A DNA stretch of 64,000 bases, taken from the human T2T-CHM13v2.0 reference genome, Homo sapiens. The stretch lies in assembly GCF_009914755.1 (NCBI RefSeq), contig NC_060939.1; one strand, written 5' to 3'. The notes under the pieces were generated by a model, which saw only the letters and a program-made list of their open reading frames with translations, had not been told where the DNA came from and did no database searches. The stretch's first letter is position 1, and every line of letters begins with the position of its first letter. Shown here one piece after another: positions 55,300 to 64,000 of the stretch. A program made the translations under genes and the position numbers.

Positions 55300-57550
55300 A
55301 AGACCTGGCAAACCCGAGACGATGCGCTCTTACTTGTGTTGTTTGAAGGGGCCCTGCTGCCGCGCAGTTGTCATTAATGCCACCCTCACCTCCCAGGAAC
55401 TGCACCACTAGGACGGACGACACACCGACGTAATGACCATAGTAAGACCCCATGTACGTGGCTAATGAGGCAGTGACCCGACGTGGCTCGGAAGCCCTGC
55501 TGGGGAGATCCCGCCCCGTCACCCCAGAGGCGCTCTCCGACCTGCAGCCCCCAGGGCTCCTGGCCCTTTCCCGTTTGCCACTGCGGCTTGTTGTCAAGAA
55601 ATGGAACTTCAGAAAACCCCCAGATATACACTGCGTTAGGTAAGGATTTCATTCTAATCGAGTCCAATGTGACCCTGGCTTTCCCTCCCGTAGTTATGCA
55701 TTCCTGTCTATGAGTGAGATGAAAAGAATGTCCACAGGCCAGCTTCTTTCAGAAGCGCCTAAGAGATGCGCATGTAAGGGGTGCCATGGAGCACCCGGGA
55801 AGGACCCAGGCCTGGGCAGGGAGGCGTTGGGGCCGGCTCTAGGGAGCAAAGCTGTCGGAGTCCAGGCCTCTATCACCCGACTGCTGACACTGCCCTCCCA
55901 TCCCTGCTCTACAAGCGGGCGGTGGTGACTACACGAGGCGCCGAAGATGCTGTTGAGGGCCCTGGAGAAACTTCAGCAGAACAGGGCCTCTCCCCTTGCA
56001 GGCCGAGCCGCGGGCCCTGCGCCCTCCCCCTCCGCCCAGCTCGGCCGAGGGCGCGTTTGCTGAGCGTCTGGCGGCCTCTACCGGAGCACCTCTGCAGAGG
56101 GCCGATCCTCCAGCCCAGAGACGACATGTGGCGCTCGGGCGAGGTGAGAGCGGGCGCGAGTGCGCCGGGGGCGCTGGGGGGCTCTGCGGCGGGCGGCGCG
56201 CGGCCCGGGGCGCGGCGCGGAGCGGAGCTGCAGGGCGGCGGCGGGAGCGCGGGGCGCAAGAGCCGCTCCGCCGGGAGTGCCGGGGAAGTTCGCGCTGGCA
56301 GCATGGGGCGGTGACGCCGCACCGGCCTTCCGCGCCTGCCAGCCGGGCGAGAGCAGGCGGAGGAGAAGGAGGATGCATCCTCACCGACGGCTCGCCTCCC
56401 GGGGCCCGCGCGCAGGGTGAGCCCTGGGCGCGCTGGGCCGGGGCAGTGGGGTAAGAGGACGCGAGCGGGGAAGAGGACCGGCCGCCCCGGCTCGGTCCGC
56501 ACCCTTCTCCTCGGGGCGCCTGAGCGGCAGGCTGCGTGGCCGGGGAGGAGAGGTGCAGAGCAGGCGGGGCGCGCAGCCAGGCCAGAGCGCAAACTTTACC
56601 CTGGCGACTGCGGGGCTGAAGCCGGGCGCGGGAGAGAGCGGGGTCCGGGCGGCTCATCCCTGCCGGACGGGGCACCAGGGCGCGGTGACCGGTTGGGGGT
56701 GGGGGACACCCGTTGCCACCATCACGGGAGCCGGAGGGGTGAGATCGCCCACCTGGAAAGCCAGCGTCAGCCCCGGGGCTCTGAGGCGCGCGGCGTCCCG
56801 GCGCTGCTCGCGGGGTGGACTCGGACCCCGCGGGGGTGTCGCGCGCGTGTCGCGCGGGCTGCTCGAGGCCAGGGGACTTGGAGTCGCTGCTGCACCGCGC
56901 GCTCCCAGCCCAGGAGGAAGGCGCTGCCTGGCGGAGCGCTTGGCTCGTACCCGGGGCAGGAGCAGGGGAAGTCTGCGAAAGCCGGGAGCGAGCCGGGGAG
57001 GGCCGGGGAGCTGGAGACCCTCGGCGTGCCGCTGCGGACCGCGCGGGTGGCGACCGCGGGTGCCAGGGCGACCCAGGCTGCGGCTCCGCAGTGCAGCCCC
57101 CGCGCCCACCTGCCCTGGCGCGCCGGCCCTGGTGAGCCTCTGTGGGGGTCCGGAGGGTCGTGGGAGCGCAGCCTCTCCTGGGGGTCCCTGGCTCGGGGCT
57201 GAGGGGCGGCGGGAGGCGCCGCCCGGGTTTCCCGCATGCAGCGCCGCGTGCTCGCCGCCTGGCTCTGGCCCGGGCCCCGCGACGAGCCCCCCGGACGCGC
57301 CCAGGCGACCACCGCATGGCACCCTGCCCTTCTTGGCAGGAGTCGCAGAAGGCCTTCGCTTCCGAGGTGGAAGTACCTGTTGTGTCTCCCAATTCCGGAG
57401 TTTGCGGGGGATGGGGGTTGGGGGGGCTTCTTGGGAAAATGCTTCTTTTCGAAGCATACTGTTCGGATGCCTGTGAGCACCTATTTGCGTTATGCGCATA
57501 CTGAGAAATGCGTGTTTTCAGGAAGGTTAGTCGTTGAGCCCAGGGACAAT
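55300..57550 (+). promoter_or_regulatory. GABRA5: CpG island promoter of GABRA5
   Basis: Very high GC and CpG density (peak 56000-57350), GC boxes, NRF1-like tgcgcat at ~55768 and ~57493, directly upstream of the GABRA5 exons. Confidence 0.93.
56040..56143 (+). other. GABRA5: GABRA5 non-coding first exon (3' end from donor GAG|gtgaga; 5' end approximate)
   Basis: Good 5' splice site at 56143/56144 within the CpG island. The TSS cannot be defined from sequence. Confidence 0.65.
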
Positions 57551-57760
57551 GTCTGCCTGGATCTCAAATACATTAATTAGGGTCCAGCATTGAGTGGAGA
57601 GACTTCCACAGATGCAGTGCTTAAGTTATGTAGTCACGGGGACCGAATGCCGGGAAAGTAGCCACACTCTTTTATAGGCAGTTGTCACAGTATTGTGATC
57701 CTGCAGAAAACCTGTTTCTTAAATGTGCTTTTCCCCACTTCTTTCCACGTACTTTCTCAG

Positions 57761-57825
57761 TGCCTTGCAGAGAGAGGAGTAGCTTGCTGGCTTTGAACGC
57801 GTGGCGTGGCAGATATTTCAGAAAG
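57761..57825 (+). other. GABRA5: GABRA5 non-coding 5' UTR exon (65 nt)
   Basis: Pyrimidine tract cttttccccacttctttccacgtactttctcag| acceptor and AAG|gtaaaa donor. Confidence 0.8.
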
Positions 57826-58157
57826 GTAAAATTACTACACTTGTGGATTTGACGGATACAAAATACAGTCGCTCAGATAACTACAGCGTTTATTTTAATA
57901 ATTGGACTAATGGTTTATTTGATAACATGCTAAAAAACAAAACAGAGTATTTGAGTGGAAAACAACGAATTAGGGTGATTCTGCACCCTGAGTAGAAGTA
58001 AAAATAAGCCTCTTGTTACTTATTTTTATGCTCCAACTTACTGCCCAGTGAGGGTGATGGAAAATACCTGGTGTGCAGCTGTCCTGGGGAAGGACAGCGG
58101 GCTCCTTTCTTTGCAAATTGTTGTGATAGCAGTGTGATTTGATTCCAGGAACTGTGA

Positions 58158-58367
<210 letters not shown>

Positions 58368-59941
58368 TAAGTTACCATCTGTGCTTTTATTTTATGATGT
58401 TAGGGACACTGGTGCCTTTCAGACATGTTACGGGAGCAGCACATCCATTGAGCAAGTCCTCGCCTGCCACCATTGCAGTCCCAAGCCCTTCACTTGTTGT
58501 AAATAAATGAAGTCATTGCCCTGACCCACGCTTTCTTCCTGAGCAAGGCTGCTCCTCACGTGGGGTCTCTGAAGTGAGTCAGAGAAAAAAAGGCAGATTA
58601 TGTTTTCAGAAATGGAAGCTGAAGATGATATCCGAGTCAGCTGTGATTCTTCCTACTCAGGTTAAAACAAGATTCAGGAGTTCACATGCATGAAGGACAG
58701 TCACTGCTTGTTAGACAAGGCAGTGCCAACATTTCAGTTGCCCTCCACGGTTCCATTATGCAATCAAAGTTGCCTTGAAAGCCAGGCCCATGCTACTTGG
58801 CATTGAAAAGGACTCACAATGGTCCTGGCCTGAGCCAAGGCCCTAGAACTGTGACCATCTGAATGCAGGTGCAGACACCATAAACCACAGGTGCCTGAAG
58901 ATCTGAAAGACACCCCTGAGGTTCTGGCACTATCACTTCCAGTAACCCCTCTTTCATTTTAGCCTTTAGTATCCGCATACCAACTCTAACCTTTTTTTTC
59001 ATGAAACTAGTGATAACCCACATCGTGGATGAATGTTCTTATGAGGCTGCTGTTCCTGTTCTGACCCGTGCCCTAGAATTGTTCTGGTTAATCAAAAGGA
59101 TTGTAACTTGAAGTTGATGGCATATAATTAAGAAATTAAATGTCAGGACAAAAGTTGCCAAGCGTTAGTGCTGCAAAAATGGGGTCCAGAGGTTTCACAG
59201 CCTATCCACATTTATGTAAATAATCACAGGATGGGGAATATCCAGTGGCTTGGCAACAGCCTGTAGACAGCCTTCCCATCTGGGGGGAAAGAAGACATCC
59301 CCAGGGCCATGATGTTTTCTGTCTGTCCTCTGTACATTTTCTGCTCTTCTGACTCTTCTGTGCAGAGGAAGGGGTGGGTGTGGGGGCCTTGCTCAGGTGC
59401 AGTGGCTGGTAGAAGACAGCATTGGGACTTTAGTCCACATCCACCCCGGGGCAAGCCTGAGCCATCAGCTGAGACTTTGTCCAGCAGAGCTGAGCTAAGG
59501 AAGATGCCTGTCCCTCACCAACAGAAGCCAGGCAGTGTGTGCACTCTAACCACACTGACGGGAACAGGTGTGTGGCATGTCTCAGCCCTTTGAGCCATTC
59601 TAAGTATTCCCTTGGGAAAGAGCATTGGCCGTGGCTCTTGCCTTGCTTATCTTGAGTGGATGCCTCCCTTCCCATGCCTTCAGATTTTTTTTTATCTATT
59701 AAATGAATGTTTTCCTTTACAAGTTCTCTGCAGCTGCCAAAGCCTGTAAACTAGCATGTTCACAATGTTCTTCTGAATGAAATGTCTGTACATAAGTGAA
59801 ATCGCACAGAATATTCAAATTTGTCATCTAATGCATTAGGTAGTTGGTTTGTTTGATATACCGCATATATTTGGTAGCATTTTGGTGGTGAAGAATATAT
59901 CAGGATTGGAAACTTATATTTTCTTTAAAATATCTTGGCTA

Positions 59942-60282
<341 letters not shown>

Positions 60283-63200
60283 TTATGAATTTGCATTGAA
60301 TAAGCATGAAATGGTTTCACTCCCTGGTAGATGCAGGTCTGAAATAGGAAGTAATGTGTGTAAGTAGTTTAGCCCCAAGAAGCAGGTATGCTTTCTTATT
60401 TAGTTCTGTAGCTTGCTGAGGTCATCTTCAAAATAGAGGGGTATCTTAGTCTCTGAAAGCTAACACTGAGTAAGTGGTAAAATACCCCTCAAACTTTCCA
60501 GAAAATTAACTGTTGGAGCAGTTTTTAATCTTTTAGGTATATGGCCAGTAATCCATCATAAAACAGCACCGACTAATTGCAGCAAATATGTGCGATACAG
60601 AAGTCGATAATGAAAGGAATCTCTTTAATTCCACCACCCAGAGACAACCATGCTTCCCATTTGGTGCACTGACTTCCCCTTGCTTCTGTGCATGTTTTTT
60701 ATACAGTTGGGATCAGGCTGTGCAGTTTGGTACTGTGCTTTTTTCCTACCCAATACATGATCACAATTTCTTTAAAATGTATTATTTTAAATGGCTGCAT
60801 ATTTGACAGGGCAAGAGCGCCTTGTGTTAGCTTCTTCCCTAATTGGGGATGTTTACGTATTGAATGATTTTGCTGTTATAAATTTTCCTGTAGTGAACGT
60901 ATTTGGCTTACAAGTTTTCTTAGGTATTTGAGATTATTTATATTAGAAGATATTTTTGTAAGAGGAATTTTACATCAGGTTCTTTGAGCACTTTTCACTC
61001 TTGACCCTGCGCGCCCAATTGCTTTTGAAGAAGTGGGGTTTCTAGCAAAGCGGGAAGCCAGGTTCACACATTCTGGCCAGCAGGGCATGTTTTTCAACAG
61101 CCACAAAAGACATCATAAAATACATCAAGCCCCTATTTATTTCCCTTCCTATAGGAGACTCCTCTCACTTGTATATTATCTAAATGGACTTAAGAATAAT
61201 TGTGTCAAATCCCGATTGAAATTTCCTAATATTTAGTTAACTTTAAATCTTGAAAAAATAGCTACCACAACGTGGAGCACCTGTCTTTATGTTTCGTGTT
61301 TTGGTTTTGGATGAATCCTAGGAGCCACTGTATGAGCTGAGCACCGTTAGCCCATCTTCTAGCTGGGAAGGAGGGAGGATGAATGCCTAACCTCAGAAGT
61401 CAGGAGTCCTTACTCGGAGCTTCCTGTGTGACTCCGCCCCCTGTCACTTCTTGGGCTCCCTGACTTGAATGCACACATTTTGCAGGGTAGCCCTGGATCA
61501 AACCAGTCTAGACAAGAGGGAACGTAATTCTAAAAGGTAGTACCTGCTTCAGAGTGGAGAGAGTTTTCAGTACTTGGGGATTAGCGGGAAAAAAGAGTCT
61601 GGGTCAACTCAGTTTATTTTCCCTCCAAAGAAAGAGTTTATGTGATTGGGTTCAAAAGAAAGGGGAAAGGAGAAGCATCAAAGGGTTTAATTTGAACCTG
61701 ATTCTAGGACAAGAGAAGTGCTGACTCCTGAGAGGCCAGAGAACTGGCAGTGGGTGAGGAGGACTATAGAGAATCAGGCAGGGAAGAAGAAGGAAAAAGA
61801 AAAAGAGCAGGGCTATGTGCGTGGACCAAGTCGAAATGCAGTGTTTGTGAAACGTGTGTGGCACTGGCAGTTGGAAAATTTATAGATGTGATAAGTGCAA
61901 TGTACTTGGTGATTATATAGGATAACTGATATGAAATTGCTTTGAAAATACATGAGTGTTCTTCTCCTTCTCTTGATCATATTCTAAATTTGATTGGAGT
62001 CACCAGCAGCTCATTTGCAATAGTCTTCCTAATTCTTCTGTTAGTTTTAAATTATGGAACAGAGACCAAGTCAAGTATACAATACAATAAGGCCCTTTTT
62101 GGACACTCAGCCCCGTGCTAAGGTACGTTTGACGACCTGGGATTACTTGAAGTACTATATTTATTTTAGTAAGACCAGTAAACAAAAGTACATAGTATAG
62201 AAAAACCAGTACAGAAACAATATTGGCACCAATATAATGTCAAAATACATAATATTAGATTTAAACTGGAATTAATTTATCATCATTAAGAAAATCATAC
62301 TTTATCAGACCTGATAGACCAGTGACAATTGTGAGATAAAATTGAGGATTATCAGCTTAATAATAAGGTAAAGGCTGAGTCCATTGATTTTATTGTCTTA
62401 AATATATTTTGGAGGTTTACTGATTGATAAAAAAATCTGTTGAACAATTTTAATATGTGGGAGCTGCAACTCAAATAGACTTTGGAAAATAAGATTTTAT
62501 AAGCAGCAATTAAAAGTAGGTTATTGGAGAAGTGGCTTTTGAACATGAACAGACAGAGTCTTCTTTATCTGTCTACACAAGTGTGCCAGTGTGGACGTTT
62601 GTTTTTGTGAAGAGAACCATTCCATACCCTCACTCAAGGACAGTTCCCTTCTTTTAAATAGAGCAGAAAGTACATTCTCTGAATCACGCAGGTACTCATG
62701 ATATCTTTTTAAATGGAAAGTTCTCCCTTGTGAATCCCCAGATGACAAATTCTTCCTGCACCATAGCTGCGGGTTCATGAGGCCCGGGACAGTTATGATA
62801 ACAATTCTGAAAGCACTCAGAAAGCCCACTGAAGCAGGGAGCAGGAACACAAGTGGTGGTGCACCTAAAGGCTTCAGCGACCCTGGGAGAGCCAAAAGGC
62901 AGTTCTTGCACGTGGCAAAAAATGTAGGTGGTTAAAAGAGGACTATAGGGGAATGTCCAACATGTTTTTAAAGGTACCCAAAGTAAATAATTCTCAGTTA
63001 TCTGCTTTATAAAGGAAACTTTCAGCATGTTCAGCAGGCACTGAGCAGGCAGGAGAGTCGGCCAGCGCAGCTCTCCGCCAAGACTGTCTGGCAGTCAGCT
63101 CGGGAGTGAGTCACCGACTCCCTTCAAGGGGAGAAGGAGCATGTGGGCTTTCGGGTTTTTACAAAGGTTCAAATTGCATAAGATGCTCATTTTAATTAAT

Positions 63201-64000
63201 GAGAAATTTCAGAGGAAAGTACTAGAAGCAAAAATAAAAAGAAATCTCATCAGAGAAGTCTGCTGGTACTTCAGCATGTATATGAGTGTATCATATACAC
63301 TCATTTATCAGCATGTATATGAGTGTATCCCCTTAATATTCACAATGCATTTTTTTTTTAAATGCACTGTTTAATTTACACAAAATTCTTGATTTGCAGG
63401 TGAAAAGAGCTCAGGTGTTAGAGCTTAGAGAAGTGTGTCCAAGTTTTACCATCTGAAAGTGATAAAAGCAAGGGATCCCTGAGAATGCAGGCTGGGCTAG
63501 CGTGCTCCACTGCAGGGCCTGCTCCAGAATGTCCTAATTTTTATTATAGTGCCCTGAAAAGGGAAGGAATGGGGGGAGGACTATATATGGGAAACCAAAG
63601 AATATCCTAATCTAGAACTCACATGTTACCACTATGAAAACATTGTCTACTGCAGCCCAAATAAACTCCAACACGGAATATAGATTGTGAACTGGAATAC
63701 TGTGGAGAAAGATCATTTGCTAGTGAGAGTAAGACCTGCAGTGAAACAGGCTTCAGCAGTTCATTGAAAACTCTATTTTATTTGTATTTATTTAACAACT
63801 TATTTTAAAATAAAAAAAAGTCAACCTAAAAGTGAATGAAGCACAGAACCAGTTAATTTTTAGTTTTAACAAGAACAATTGGGCCATCACTGTACTGTCA
63901 GTTCGGTTCCTGTTTCAGGACCGCTGGTGAATATTTAGGATGGCATTAAGTGTCATTTTGACAGAGGGCAGTGTAGCTGCCCGGCTTCGATCTCTGTCCA

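Noticed and set aside
55781-57580. Long overlapping ORFs (up to 487 aa) on both strands of the CpG island
   Set aside because: Low-complexity R/P/A/G-rich translations expected from stop-poor GC-rich DNA. No domain recognised, and the region is the GABRA5 promoter.
58077-58099. REST/RE1 silencer element near the first coding exon
   Set aside because: Only GGACAG-type half sites in inverted arrangement (gctgtcct..aggacagc). No CAGCACC half at the canonical spacing.

Overview
Human (primate) genomic DNA. The sequence from about 55.3 kb to the end of the window is the 5' end of GABRA5 (GABA-A receptor alpha-5 subunit, 15q11-q13 GABA-A cluster) on the + strand. It includes a CpG-island promoter with several candidate first-exon donors, a 65-nt non-coding exon (57761-57825) and the first coding exon (58207-58366, ATG at 58281, encoding the signal peptide [29 protein letters not shown]). 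The upstream ~55 kb is intergenic, toward the divergently transcribed GABRB3, and is mostly decayed and nested interspersed repeats: L1, Alu, THE1/MST/MER41/MER57/LTR12C LTRs, MER1/MER58/Tigger/MADE1 DNA elements, L2 and MIR. Almost all ORFs in the supplied track are repeat-derived or GC-rich shadow ORFs. I found no evidence for a new multi-gene system. The best candidates for follow-up are: (i) an unexplained ~76%-identical direct duplication (12089-12445 vs 13803-14014) whose mismatches are skewed to third codon positions; (ii) an intact solo LTR12C promoter pointing toward GABRB3; (iii) a tail-to-tail inverted pair of MER41-type LTRs, each with a GAS motif; (iv) a 44-bp GC-rich VNTR with a higher-order dimer; and (v) first-exon-specific uORFs in the GABRA5 5' UTR. 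Repeat subfamily names come from recalled consensus sequences, and most repeat boundaries are approximate.
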